Part shown: in pieces, positions 9,055-19,740 of the stretch
Layout: the number at the start of each line of letters is the position of its first letter
Numbering within the stretch: the stretch's first letter is position 1
Position numbers and translations under genes: made by a program
The notes under the pieces: model-generated
Databases searched by the model: none
What the model was told of the DNA's origin: nothing
Seen by the model: the letters and a program-made list of their open reading frames with translations, nothing else
NCBI GenBank assembly: GCA_963765495.1
Contig: CAVXWP010000008.1
Coordinates: forward strand, 32,001-96,000
Direction: 5' to 3'
Source of the DNA: Blastocatellia bacterium
GTDB lineage: Bacteria > Acidobacteriota > Blastocatellia > UBA7656
DNA length: 64,000 nt

Positions 9055-10395
9055 TCACTTTGGAGCGGAAACCGAAGGAGCGAATTTTTCCGCATACTGA
9101 CTGGCTTTCAGGAATTCCTTACAGTCCTGTATTTGCAGTATATCCGAGACCGCCTGTTTCTTGTCGGCAGCATTTTTGTAGTAAGCCTCGCTGATTTTAT
9201 ACCCCATCCAATAGCCAAGGTCCACGGGGCGCTCTCCCTTTGCGATGCCGCCATAAAGCCAGCGAGATGTAACCTTGCCGTCCATTTCCTTCTGGAATTC
9301 TTCCCAGAGTTCGGCCTCGTGGGCATTGGCCCAGACATGTGTCTGTCGCATGCGAGTTATCAAACGGCCCGAAGTTAATTCGCCAAGAAAATCGGCGCTG
9401 CCCTCCATCAGACAGGCGCAGAGCAGACTACTTTGTGACGCGTATTTCTGCTGGAAGTGAATGGCTTCGTGAGCTACCAGAGGCGGTATCTCGCTCTGTT
9501 CCATCACCGCGTCTTTTTCCCAATCATTCAATTCCTGAGTCGGAAGATCCGATAGCCGGGTAAATAACTCAGCGCCCATTAACAGACCATTACTGCTTGT
9601 TGTCCCACCGCTTCTCATCTGGCCGATCACAAAATAGGAGTCCGGGAACATAGCCGCAGGGTAAATTCCCTTTAGTTTGCGAAACGCTTTTATCGTTTCT
9701 GTGCGCTGATCGTCGAGAGCGAGCGTCAGAGGGCGTATCGCCATGAAGAAATTAGGATGGCTTTTGATTGTTGCCGATAAGGTCGCAGCATCAAGGCGTC
9801 CGCTCTTGCTGAAATCCTTCAGCCCTACACTCCCCGGCTCTATATACTCTCGCTGGAAGATCGCGGGCCATTGTTCGGGAGCGGCAGCCAGGGCTTTATC
9901 GTACGCCTGCCAGAATAGATTTATATCCGTCGTATTGAATCGCGCTTTATTCGGATCGCTATGATCTTTGAGAAATTTTATCTGCTGCTGATCGCATGCT
10001 TCGACCGTCTTGGCCCATCGCGGGTCTTTATGCAACCCTTCCAGATCGCTGTCCTTCTTCAAATGCTCGACATTACGAAACCCGGTTTCAATTGCCTGGC
10101 CCAGGAACTGAAAGGCTCTCTCTTTATCGCCCGCAAGGGCCAGCGAGCAAGCCGTGTCATAGAGCGTCCCGGTATCGCGCTCCCCTTTCGCGACCGCTTC
10201 CTGTAACAGCTTTGCCGATTTAACGTAGTCCTTGTTTTGATAAGCGCCCATGCCTTCATTGAGCAACTGGGCTGCTCTCTTTTCTTCATATTGTGAAGGT
10301 TGTGGCGTGGCGCCCTGTTGGGCGAATGCTTCTCCGACAACTGACAGAAGCATCAACAGTATCGCAACCCGAATAATCAAATACTCTCCCATCAT
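9055..10395 (-). CDS. Secreted TPR + putative Zn metalloprotease (DUF2268/GldB-like)
   Basis: Signal peptide; TPR-like YDTACSLALAG; HEAIH...EGSADF gluzincin motif; DLGYWMGYKI. Confidence 0.75.
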   Translation of the reverse strand: MMGEYLIIRVAILLMLLSVVGEAFAQQGATPQPSQYEEKRAAQLLNEGMGAYQNKDYVKSAKLLQEAVAKGERDTGTLYDTACSLALAGDKERAFQFLGQAIETGFRNVEHLKKDSDLEGLHKDPRWAKTVEACDQQQIKFLKDHSDPNKARFNTTDINLFWQAYDKALAAAPEQWPAIFQREYIEPGSVGLKDFSKSGRLDAATLSATIKSHPNFFMAIRPLTLALDDQRTETIKAFRKLKGIYPAAMFPDSYFVIGQMRSGGTTSSNGLLMGAELFTRLSDLPTQELNDWEKDAVMEQSEIPPLVAHEAIHFQQKYASQSSLLCACLMEGSADFLGELTSGRLITRMRQTHVWANAHEAELWEEFQKEMDGKVTSRWLYGGIAKGERPVDLGYWMGYKISEAYYKNAADKKQAVSDILQIQDCKEFLKASQYAEKFAPSVSAPK

Positions 10396-10561
10396 TCCCT
10401 CCGTACCTGAGTAAGCCCCTCGCGTCTGTTCCTTTCATCGGGCAGCCGCGTGAGTGGACGACTGCCTGCGAGACACTGGTTTGGCAGATGAGTTTAATGC
10501 AGAAAGAACCGGCTTGCCAACAGCACAACTCAGTTGAAACCCTTCTGCTCCGGCCTATGCC

Positions 10562-10783
10562 TGGACCATTCAGTTTTCATGGTGTAGATGAGGAAAAGAG
10601 GAATAGGCCACGGATGACGCGGATGCGGCGGATCTACGCGGATCTGACAACTTATAGCCTAATCCGCGAAAATCCGCCGCATCCGCGTCATCCGTGGCCT
10701 ATTTCAACTCACCTTTGCATCAAATCAACTTTTACCATTTCTTCCGCCTATTGTGCGCAACTCAAAAACTGAATGGCCTGGGT
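10562..10783. mobile_element. Family A MITE-like element (outer TIR + inner palindrome)
   Basis: Outer IR CCATTCAGTTTT 10566-10577 / AAAACTGAATGG 10765-10776; inner perfect 32-bp IR 10602-10633 / 10672-10703; non-coding. Confidence 0.7.
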
Positions 10784-10867
10784 CTATGCCAGGCTTTTTC
10801 AAAGAGCAATCAATGATTGCCTGCGATCTCGGCAGGTCAATCTCAGAAAAAAATGGCCCTGCGGTCT

Positions 10868-10896
10868 TTGATCAATGCCGCATTTGTTGCTACTAT
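10868..10896 (+). promoter_or_regulatory. Sigma70-type promoter, probable leaderless transcript
   Basis: TTGATC-17 nt-TACTAT with extended TG; -10 ends 6 nt before ATG 10903; no SD. Confidence 0.55.
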
Positions 10897-10902
10897 CTCG
10901 TC

Positions 10903-11085
10903 ATGCTAAATATTACATTTGGGGATCAATCCACCGAGCTGGATTTGGACGGGTACAATCATAGCGACGACGACATCCGAGAGATAGTTGCCAAACATTT
11001 CGATGTCAGCATAGACACGCTCCAGGCTTATGAAATAGATCGCTACGGCAAGAACGTGGTTTTTCGTCCCGACTCAGACTCTTAG
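10903..11085 (+). CDS. 60-aa acidic protein, possibly ubiquitin-like (beta-grasp)
   Basis: MLNITFGDQS...SDDDIREIVAKHFDV...YEIDR...NVVFRP; aligned promoter supports this start. Confidence 0.6.
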   Translation: MLNITFGDQSTELDLDGYNHSDDDIREIVAKHFDVSIDTLQAYEIDRYGKNVVFRPDSDS

Positions 11086-11264
11086 CCACGTGACTTCTGC
11101 TTGAATATATCGTCTAAAAAGGGCATAAATATCTGTTTGTTGTGAGGTTGTCACACTTGCCTGAAGGCGGAACTCGGCCGGAGCCTGAATTTGCTATTGC
11201 GTGGATCGCAAGGTAGACTTGGGCTGAGCACAGATCACAAAAGATAGGTGGAAGGAGAACAGGA

Positions 11265-11759
11265 ATGGAAGCTATTAAATCCCGTGCCGGTGGAGAGACG
11301 GCTCCGGATTGTTATTCAAATCAAGGAACCGTAAAGGTTTTTTCAAGGACTATCGAAGTCAGGACAGAGGAGAGGACCGATCTTGTCAATCTGACGGACG
11401 ACATTCGCTCGCTTGTCGACACCTCGGGTATCGTGGACGGCTATGTACAGGTTTCTTCGCTTCACACCACGGCAGGTCTGTTTATGAACGAGTGGCAGGA
11501 TGCGCTGCTTGCCGACATAAGATCAATGCTCGAAGGGATAGTGCCCAGAGAGACATATTATAAGCATAATGATCCGAAACACTCTGATTGCGACCGCAGT
11601 AATGCCGACTCTCATCTTAGAAATGTAGTGCTGGGTCACTCTTTGTCGGTCCCCATATCGCAAGGCAAGCTGGTGCTCGGCCAGTGGCAAAGTGTTATCC
11701 TTGCGGAGTTCGACGGCCCAAATCAGCGCAAAGTTTTTATGCAAGTCTTTGGAATCTGA
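11265..11759 (+). CDS. yjbQ: YjbQ/UPF0047 family protein
   Basis: HTTA...NE, NADSHLR, LGQWQ...EFDGP; AAGGAG RBS. Confidence 0.9.
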   Translation: MEAIKSRAGGETAPDCYSNQGTVKVFSRTIEVRTEERTDLVNLTDDIRSLVDTSGIVDGYVQVSSLHTTAGLFMNEWQDALLADIRSMLEGIVPRETYYKHNDPKHSDCDRSNADSHLRNVVLGHSLSVPISQGKLVLGQWQSVILAEFDGPNQRKVFMQVFGI

Positions 11760-11785
11760 TCTCCGAATTATTTGAGCGAATTATT

Positions 11786-11824
11786 TGAGGCGGGCTGCTG
11801 ACAGACACCCGAATGCCCGCCTCA
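11786..11824. terminator. Hairpin between convergent yjbQ and hpnE
   Basis: TGAGGCGGGC / GCCCGCCTCA 10-bp IR with a long loop and weak U-tract; preceded by a tandem 13-mer CGAATTATTTGAG. Confidence 0.4.
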
Positions 11825-11875
11825 TCCAAAGATTCCCTGTTCTTCAATTGGTCGGTTCTTCAAGCCGACCTCATC

Positions 11876-13219
11876 TCAAAAAGATAAAGCCGAACTGATG
11901 ATTTCAGCCGCCGTGTCCCCGCTCATAACCGCGCCTTCGATTGTTGCGGGAAGCCCCGTATTGGTCCAGTCTCCAGCAAGAATCAGATTTGGTATAGAGG
12001 TCCGAGCGTCGGGTCTGATGCGGTCGCTCGCAATTGTATGAGACAGCGTAGCCTCGCGCTCTTTGACCACGCGGCTGTGCAGGAGCTTTGCGTTTCGACT
12101 CTCAGGCACAAGCCTTTTCAACTCGCCGAGCGCCATCTCTACAAGCGCCTCCTTTGTCCAGTCTACGTGACCGCTTGCGGCGCTGATGACGAGCGCGATT
12201 TGATTCGACTTGTTCCCTGTCGAAAAGAGCAAGTCCTTGTTGAAGAGCCATTGAATATTTGTCCCAAGCAACCCCAGAAATTCGCGGTCAATGACGGGTC
12301 GGTCAAACCATAGGTTTATCGAAACTATGGGTGAAGTTTCGAGCAAGGCAAGAGGCGCAAATTCGCCTTCCCTCAGACTGTCGGGCAGCATTTGCAAGAG
12401 AGCCGCGTGAGGCACAGCCGTAATAAAATAATCGGCTTCGATTCGCTCTCCGTCCCTTAACTCCACAGAAATCGCGCGACCTGCCTGAACCTTCAACTTT
12501 GCTACTGCCGCATCGGTTCGCACCTGCCCCCCGTGTGATTCGATGTAGTCTTGCGCTCCAACGGTGTAGAGTTTGCTGAGCCCGACACGGGCGATCCCGA
12601 GACTTGAATCAGAACGGCTTCCGGCAAAGGCTTCTCTCAGCACCCGCGCCATCAACTTTGCCGAAGCAATTTCGGGAGACTCGTTCAACGTGGCTATTGC
12701 AATCGGATACCAGAATCTCTGTTTGATCCGTTCGGACTGACGGAGGCCGTCAAGCCATGCCGAAACCGTTTGCGGGGTTTCAGCCGCCCCATTTTTGTTC
12801 TGTTTGCGCCTGATGGCCAGTCCGACATTTATCGCCCGCAGCTTGTCGCGGAGTCCTATCCCACCCATTCGCATTAAACCCGCAAGCACATGAAACGGCG
12901 CAGGCAGGGAAGGGCATTCAAAGGTTTCGATGCCGTTGATTTCATCCAGGAATTCAACTCTGGGCGACTGCTGAAACCGCAACCTGTCGAGACAGCCTAT
13001 CTTTGTGAGGAAAGAGATCGTGTGATGATAGCAACCCATGAAGAGATGCTGCCCGTTGTCTACTACGTCACCGGTTTTTGGATCGTTGAAAGAGTAGGCT
13101 CGTCCTCCCAGGTGTTTGCGCCGTTCGAGGAGGATAACTTCGCGTCCGCGTTCGGTCAGGGCAACACCCGCGGCAAGTCCTGCAAATCCGCCACCAATTA
13201 TCGCTACGCGCTCGGCCAA
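11876..13219 (-). CDS. hpnE: Hydroxysqualene dehydroxylase
   Basis: GGGFAG, LGGRAYS, DNGQH, AGDWTNTGLPATIEGAV; follows hpnD. Confidence 0.9.
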   Translation of the reverse strand: MAERVAIIGGGFAGLAAGVALTERGREVILLERRKHLGGRAYSFNDPKTGDVVDNGQHLFMGCYHHTISFLTKIGCLDRLRFQQSPRVEFLDEINGIETFECPSLPAPFHVLAGLMRMGGIGLRDKLRAINVGLAIRRKQNKNGAAETPQTVSAWLDGLRQSERIKQRFWYPIAIATLNESPEIASAKLMARVLREAFAGSRSDSSLGIARVGLSKLYTVGAQDYIESHGGQVRTDAAVAKLKVQAGRAISVELRDGERIEADYFITAVPHAALLQMLPDSLREGEFAPLALLETSPIVSINLWFDRPVIDREFLGLLGTNIQWLFNKDLLFSTGNKSNQIALVISAASGHVDWTKEALVEMALGELKRLVPESRNAKLLHSRVVKEREATLSHTIASDRIRPDARTSIPNLILAGDWTNTGLPATIEGAVMSGDTAAEIISSALSF

Positions 13220-13222
13220 GAA

Positions 13223-14095
13223 TTACCTCTTCAGCTTGCTTCTCAACCAGACGCTGAGAGCTATCTGCATGCGCCGCATCTTTGGCACGGTGATCCGATT
13301 GTGATAGACATCGAATCGTACGGCTTCGATGTCGTCGAGCAATTCCCGGTAGATTGCGCTCATGATTTCTGCGGCAAAAAGCGAAGATCGATCCTGAGCG
13401 GGAAGCGAAGCCGCTGCCTTGTCAAAGTAGCTGCGAGCGCGGGCGTGTTCAAATTTCATCAAGTTGATAAAAGGTGCATTGTAAAGATTGGCTCGCAAAT
13501 CCTTTTCAGAGTACCCGAAGCGATCCATATCTTCCAGCGGAATGTAAATCCTTTCGCGGGCGATGTCTTCTTTAAGATCGCGCAAGATATTCGTCAATTG
13601 CAGAGCCAGTCCCAGATTGACGGCATACTCGCGCGTGCGCGCAGATTCATATTCGAATATCTCTATGCAGATCAACCCGACAGCCGATGCCACCCGATAA
13701 CAATACTCGCGCAGGTCTGCAAAGGTCTGGTAGCTCTGCCATTGCAGATCCATTTCCATCCCCTCGATAATGTCGAGAAATGCATGTTTAGGAAGGCTGA
13801 ACTCTTCTATGGAATCCGTCAGCCGCTCGCCAAATTCGGTCTCCGGTTGCCCGCGAAAACATGCCTCCACCTCGCCTCGCCAGAATTCCAGTTCTTTGTA
13901 CGGGTCGCGCCCCGCCTGGTCTTTGTCAACAATGTCGTCAAGCAATCTACAAAAGCCATAGACATTCTTAATGGCCCTGCGTTTCGGTCCGGGAAGGAGC
14001 AGAAAAGAGTAATAGAAGTTCGAGCCTGCTGCGCGCACCATGCTCTTTGGCGCGGCCAGCACACGGGCCATAGCTCGGGTTCGATTGCTATTCAT
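13223..14095 (-). CDS. hpnD: Presqualene diphosphate synthase
   Basis: SNFYYSF, DDIVD, YCYRVASAVG, LQLTNILRD. Confidence 0.9.
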   Translation of the reverse strand: MNSNRTRAMARVLAAPKSMVRAAGSNFYYSFLLLPGPKRRAIKNVYGFCRLLDDIVDKDQAGRDPYKELEFWRGEVEACFRGQPETEFGERLTDSIEEFSLPKHAFLDIIEGMEMDLQWQSYQTFADLREYCYRVASAVGLICIEIFEYESARTREYAVNLGLALQLTNILRDLKEDIARERIYIPLEDMDRFGYSEKDLRANLYNAPFINLMKFEHARARSYFDKAAASLPAQDRSSLFAAEIMSAIYRELLDDIEAVRFDVYHNRITVPKMRRMQIALSVWLRSKLKR

Positions 14096-15041
14096 GCGAG
14101 CGGCGAAACCTTTCCTTCCTCAAGGCCATCAGCAATATATTCAACTTGTCGACAGACCTGATCGCGGGCCTTTGCGAAAATAGATCATAACGATTCTCTT
14201 CAAGTCGCTTCAGTATTTGCCAGCCTCCAAGCCACACTGCTCTCAACTCAATCCCGAGCCTCCCGCGCACCTCGGTGCAGAGCGGTTTTCCCCTGGCAAA
14301 CAGGCTGCGCGCGCGCGCCACCTCAAACTCCATCAACTTCTGAAAATCGTCGGTCACGTTCCGCTGTTTGAGGTCTTCGACGCTCACTCGAAACTGTTTG
14401 AGGTCCTCCATCGGCAAGTATACGCGATCTTTGTCCAGGTCTATGGCAACATCCTGCCAGTGGTTTGCCAGTTGGAGCGCCGTGCAAATATCGTCTGATC
14501 TGGCGTGCATATCAGGATCGCGATGGCCGAATAGCAACAGGATCAATCGACCTATAGGATTGGCCGAACGTCGGCAATAATCGAGCAATGCTTCGAAGCT
14601 TTCATAACGAGAGACGGTCACATCCTGAATGAATGCCGAGATCAAATCTTCAAACAATTCCCGGGGAAGTTCGAATTTGGAAGCAGTCTCGCCCAGCGCG
14701 ATAAAGATCGGGTGGTTTGCGCGTCCGTGAAAACTTTCTCCGAGCATTTCGCGCCATGATTGTAGTAGTTCAAGTCGCAGATTCTGGCTATAGCCGTCCT
14801 CATAGCCTTCATCGGCGAAATCATCCGCCGTTCTGGCAAACGCATAAATAGAGAAGAAATGTTTTCTCAGGTGGCCTGGGACAAGCAGAGAGCCAACGGG
14901 GAAGTTCTCATAATGGGAACGCGCCATATGCTCGCAGAACTCATAAGCCGATGCGAGCGTCCACGACCGCCCCGAAACGCGCTCGCCGTAAACAGCTTCT
15001 GCGAGCGAGCCTGATTTCTTTTGTATAGACGTGCTCATCAT
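14088..15041 (-). CDS. hpnC: Squalene synthase HpnC (hydroxysqualene synthase)
   Basis: HYENFPVGS, ADDFADEG, YCRRSANPIGR, LQLANHWQD. Confidence 0.92.
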   Translation of the reverse strand: MMSTSIQKKSGSLAEAVYGERVSGRSWTLASAYEFCEHMARSHYENFPVGSLLVPGHLRKHFFSIYAFARTADDFADEGYEDGYSQNLRLELLQSWREMLGESFHGRANHPIFIALGETASKFELPRELFEDLISAFIQDVTVSRYESFEALLDYCRRSANPIGRLILLLFGHRDPDMHARSDDICTALQLANHWQDVAIDLDKDRVYLPMEDLKQFRVSVEDLKQRNVTDDFQKLMEFEVARARSLFARGKPLCTEVRGRLGIELRAVWLGGWQILKRLEENRYDLFSQRPAIRSVDKLNILLMALRKERFRRSHE

Positions 15042-15198
15042 CGAGTGATTTCGAAAGTCTAAGTATATTGGGTTTTTACTGGTGAAGAAAGCAGTTGGGA
15101 CTGCAAGTTTGCTGATCCTTTATCGAAACACAGAGCCGTTTAGTTCTCAAACTGCCCTGTCGGGGACCTGGAAAACCACTGATTGCTTGATTAAAAAG

Positions 15199-15279
15199 CT
15201 CTGCGTCTCTTTGCGGCTTTGCGGCTTTGCGAGAATCTGTTGCGAGAAAGTGTTGTTCGCAAAGCCGCAAAGTACGCAG
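15199..15279. repeat. Intergenic palindromic element, family H (CTTTGCGG units)
   Basis: CTTTGCGGCTTTGCGGCTTTGCG ... CGCAAAGCCGCAAAG. Confidence 0.65.
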
Positions 15280-15518
15280 TGATTTTTCTGAATCTAAAAC
15301 GGCCAGGATCGAAACAGCGCCCTCAGATTCGATATGCGAGCCGGGGCAAACCCGTCCGGGGGCGGCATTAAGTATCGAAACCGGGTCGAGTGCGCGAGTA
15401 ATACAAGAGTTATCACACACACAAATCGATACGACTTTATCCGTCGTTTATTCAGTGTTCTAATTCTATCTGTTTATGAGGCCGGAGCGGGCCTGACATC
15501 CAGCCCATGAAAGAAAAC

Positions 15519-16076
15519 CTAGTGACCCGTCGCGGCATTTGACGGTTTGCTGACCGTCTTGCCGACTGCGACGTTATGCATATGCTCTGCACAACAAGAC
15601 TGCAACGCTTCATCCACCATCGGTTCGACCATCTTCTCATTCTTGCGACAGACAGTAGACAGTTCGCTGATGACCAGATAGCGCGCTCGCTCCAACATTC
15701 TCTTTTCACGGAACGATAAAGGCTTTTGCAACGATAAGTACGTAAGATTCTTTAAGACCTCGGCGACGTGGAATATGTCTCCGGTCTTCATCTTCTCCAA
15801 AAAATCTTTGTATCTGTCTTTCCAATCGAGCGGAGGACTCGTGAAGTCCGCCGAGAGCGCTTCCAATAACCTCTCGCACTGGTTGGACTTGATCGGAGAC
15901 CTCAGGCCGACCTCAACCGCGTTTGCGATGGGAACCATCACGGTTGATTCGGTCGCTTTCAATCGCAACAGGTAAAAACTGTTCTGCGCGCCCTGAATCT
16001 CTGTAGTTGTGATGCTTTCGATTACACCTATCCCGTGGTTTGGATAGACAACTTTCTCGCCTATTTTAAAGCTCAC
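15519..16076 (-). CDS. carD: CarD/CdnL family RNAP-binding regulator
   Basis: FKIGEKVVYPNHGIG, W..RYK, LSFREKRML; GGAGG RBS. Confidence 0.9.
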   Translation of the reverse strand: MSFKIGEKVVYPNHGIGVIESITTTEIQGAQNSFYLLRLKATESTVMVPIANAVEVGLRSPIKSNQCERLLEALSADFTSPPLDWKDRYKDFLEKMKTGDIFHVAEVLKNLTYLSLQKPLSFREKRMLERARYLVISELSTVCRKNEKMVEPMVDEALQSCCAEHMHNVAVGKTVSKPSNAATGH

Positions 16077-16285
16077 AGATACCTCCTTCTGAACTTTTGA
16101 GCGGAATCAGGCCCAGTCTGGCGGGCTTGATGGGTGAAATACCCTTATACATCGAGTTTCTCTTAAATTACCGACAAGCTGCGAACTTCTCTCGTCAGTA
16201 GGGGGGGTAATTGACAAGACGGACAAGTTCGATTTTTGAATCGCTCTCCTTGCCCAGTCCGTTTGTGCAACTGTTCGCAACATTA

Positions 16286-16314
16286 AGTTTACAATAGCTT
16301 CAAGAGCCGGTCAA
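16286..16314 (-). promoter_or_regulatory. Sigma70 promoter of carD
   Basis: TTGACC-17 nt-TAAACT on minus strand, ~200 nt upstream of the start. Confidence 0.6.
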
Positions 16315-16396
16315 GCAGAGATCGTTGAAAGGTTGCCTCGCAACATTTTTACAATTTTTTACAATTGCGCAATGCAGACGAAACCTTACAAGTTTG

Positions 16397-16437
16397 AAAA
16401 AGCGGGCGGCAGAACCTGTATCTGTCGCCCGCTTTTT
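16397..16437. terminator. Intrinsic terminator after degP-like gene
   Basis: AAAAAGCGGGCGGCAGA...TCTGTCGCCCGCTTTTT, just past the stop at 16445. Confidence 0.85.
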
Positions 16438-16444
16438 AAGTCCA

Positions 16445-17974
<1,530 letters not shown>

Positions 17975-18139
17975 CTAGGTTTCCTCCAAACCGGAACTTA
18001 TGCTTGAGGATTGGCAATAAGGGCTACCATTTTACCCTCGACGTCTTTGTTTCAAAGTCTCCCAACGGAAAGGTATCGGTCCCGGTCATTATATCAGACA
18101 GCAATTTTCGGTTCTAGCTTTGCTCGCATCATCTTCGGC

Positions 18140-19696
18140 CTACTGTGAGTGTTCCTGTTTTGGCGGGGCCTGTTTCGCGTTCTTGTCGAAAAAGTCCATC
18201 ACCGCCGGAAATGTAACTGCGACCACCGAGATGTTATCTGCCTCCGGCGCTTCTAGGTATGTGGCTTTCATCCCGGCTTTCTGCGCTGAGGCCACCGCCG
18301 CGCGCGAAAGAGCCGGCGGCACTACGCCGTCACGCGCTCCGTGAACAACAAGCGCGGGAAGAGCTTTTACCTTTTCGAGCACAGCCGCGACCTGCTGCGG
18401 TTGAGCGGGGCTGCCGCCTGACACCGGAGCGATGGCGGCAAACATTTCAGGATTCTGCGCCGCTGCCGTCCAGGTTCCCAACCCGCCAAGCGAATTCCCC
18501 GTAAGATAGATACGCGATTCCTCTATCTCGTAATTGCGGTCCACGTCCTTGATCACCTCAAACACATCTGCAAGCCCCTGATCGAAATAGCCGCCCAGAC
18601 GACCTCCGCCCTTTGGTGCCGCAAGCAGGTATCCCCGCCTCTCTGCTTCGCCTTTTATCACTGCCGGGTCGTAGAGGCCGCTGAAGTATGTGCGCTCGTC
18701 TCCGAGTACTCCGTGCAGCAGCACTACAAGAGGGAAGGGGGTCTTGCCGTCGTAGCTCTTTGGCACATAGACCCGATAAGGAACCAGCCTGCCGTCGGGC
18801 GCTCTGTAAGCGCGTTCGACTTCGCCGCGTTCATCCGTAAAAGGGTTCTGCCCGTTTCCGAGCGCCGCGAGTTCCGCTTCGATGCGATCAAATTCGGCCG
18901 GGACGTCAATCCTTACTTCGCCTGTGCTCTGATTAAGCTCGGCCAGGCGTTGCAATTGATATTCGGGTGTAGTCACAAGACCGGCAAATGCCTTTACACG
19001 CAAGACTGTCGAATTCTTTATGGCCGCAATCATTGTCTGATCGTCGGCAATGCGTTCGTTGAAGTCGCTGATGGCATAGACAGGTTTCTTGATCTCGGCC
19101 ACTACTCGCCCGCCGGATTCAATACGAGCCACGGCCCAGTAAACGCCATCGGGCAATCGCATGCGGCGGTTGGCATTGGTTATCGTCTCTCCAAGCGGCA
19201 CCCGTTCACCGATCACCTGCGGTTTCAATAGCTCAGCCGGGATTGACGGGTCGGCAGGCGAGGCCGGTACTATCTCGAAGGTTACAGCGGGCGTTGAGCC
19301 GAATACTTTATCCCCGTCAACCCGGAACATCTGCTCAAGCGAAAACTGCAAATCCTGGTTTGTCACGACCACTACGCGATTGGTGTTGAACGTTAACGAG
19401 GAGATGAATTTTTGTCTGTCGTCCCATTTCTTGCCCTCCATCAAGGCAATGCCTTCCCCCCATATCTCAAGCAAGGCCGGAACGTCGGGTTGCAGGAATG
19501 CCTGTTCGCCGCGTTTTCGCAACGCTTCGATTGCAGAGAGGTCTGCGCCCGCCTGCCGTTTCTCGGCATAGAGCCGGTTGAATTGCTCGAATCGCGATAC
19601 GAGTTCGGGAAGAAAGGGCACCTGCTGCGCCGTTGCGCCCAACGGGTTCAGAGCGATTAAAACGGCGAAAAACACGACGCTCAAAACTCTCTTCAT
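18140..19696 (-). CDS. Secreted alpha/beta-hydrolase (esterase-like), catalytic His apparently absent
   Basis: Signal peptide; PLVVLLHG, GNSLGG, HGARD; EADN at the usual His position. Confidence 0.8.
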   Translation of the reverse strand: MKRVLSVVFFAVLIALNPLGATAQQVPFLPELVSRFEQFNRLYAEKRQAGADLSAIEALRKRGEQAFLQPDVPALLEIWGEGIALMEGKKWDDRQKFISSLTFNTNRVVVVTNQDLQFSLEQMFRVDGDKVFGSTPAVTFEIVPASPADPSIPAELLKPQVIGERVPLGETITNANRRMRLPDGVYWAVARIESGGRVVAEIKKPVYAISDFNERIADDQTMIAAIKNSTVLRVKAFAGLVTTPEYQLQRLAELNQSTGEVRIDVPAEFDRIEAELAALGNGQNPFTDERGEVERAYRAPDGRLVPYRVYVPKSYDGKTPFPLVVLLHGVLGDERTYFSGLYDPAVIKGEAERRGYLLAAPKGGGRLGGYFDQGLADVFEVIKDVDRNYEIEESRIYLTGNSLGGLGTWTAAAQNPEMFAAIAPVSGGSPAQPQQVAAVLEKVKALPALVVHGARDGVVPPALSRAAVASAQKAGMKATYLEAPEADNISVVAVTFPAVMDFFDKNAKQAPPKQEHSQ

Positions 19697-19740
19697 AGCT
19701 TGCACATCCTGATCAAAATAGAGTTATTGAATGCAGTTTA

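Noticed and set aside
4779-10395. Defence island or prophage around the MTase
   Set aside because: Neighbours are metabolic or housekeeping genes; no integrase, phage or defence genes.
10488-10772. Short ORFs across family A and H elements (also 22675-22878, 15082-15282)
   Set aside because: Translations of 9-nt-period palindromes; no RBS or independent support.
11221-11264. GGGCTGAG upstream of yjbQ as a TPP riboswitch
   Set aside because: The downstream CCTGAT...TAATGCC...GCG.AGG core is absent.
12890-14161. Long antisense ORFs (423 aa here; also 24868-25755, 36987-37859, 47242-48153, 57888-58673)
   Set aside because: Shadow frames opposite well-supported genes, with no motifs.
15343-15400. 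GGGCAAACC as a c-di-GMP-I riboswitch
   Set aside because: No GNRA-capped P2 or GACGCAAAGC, and it faces away from the local genes.
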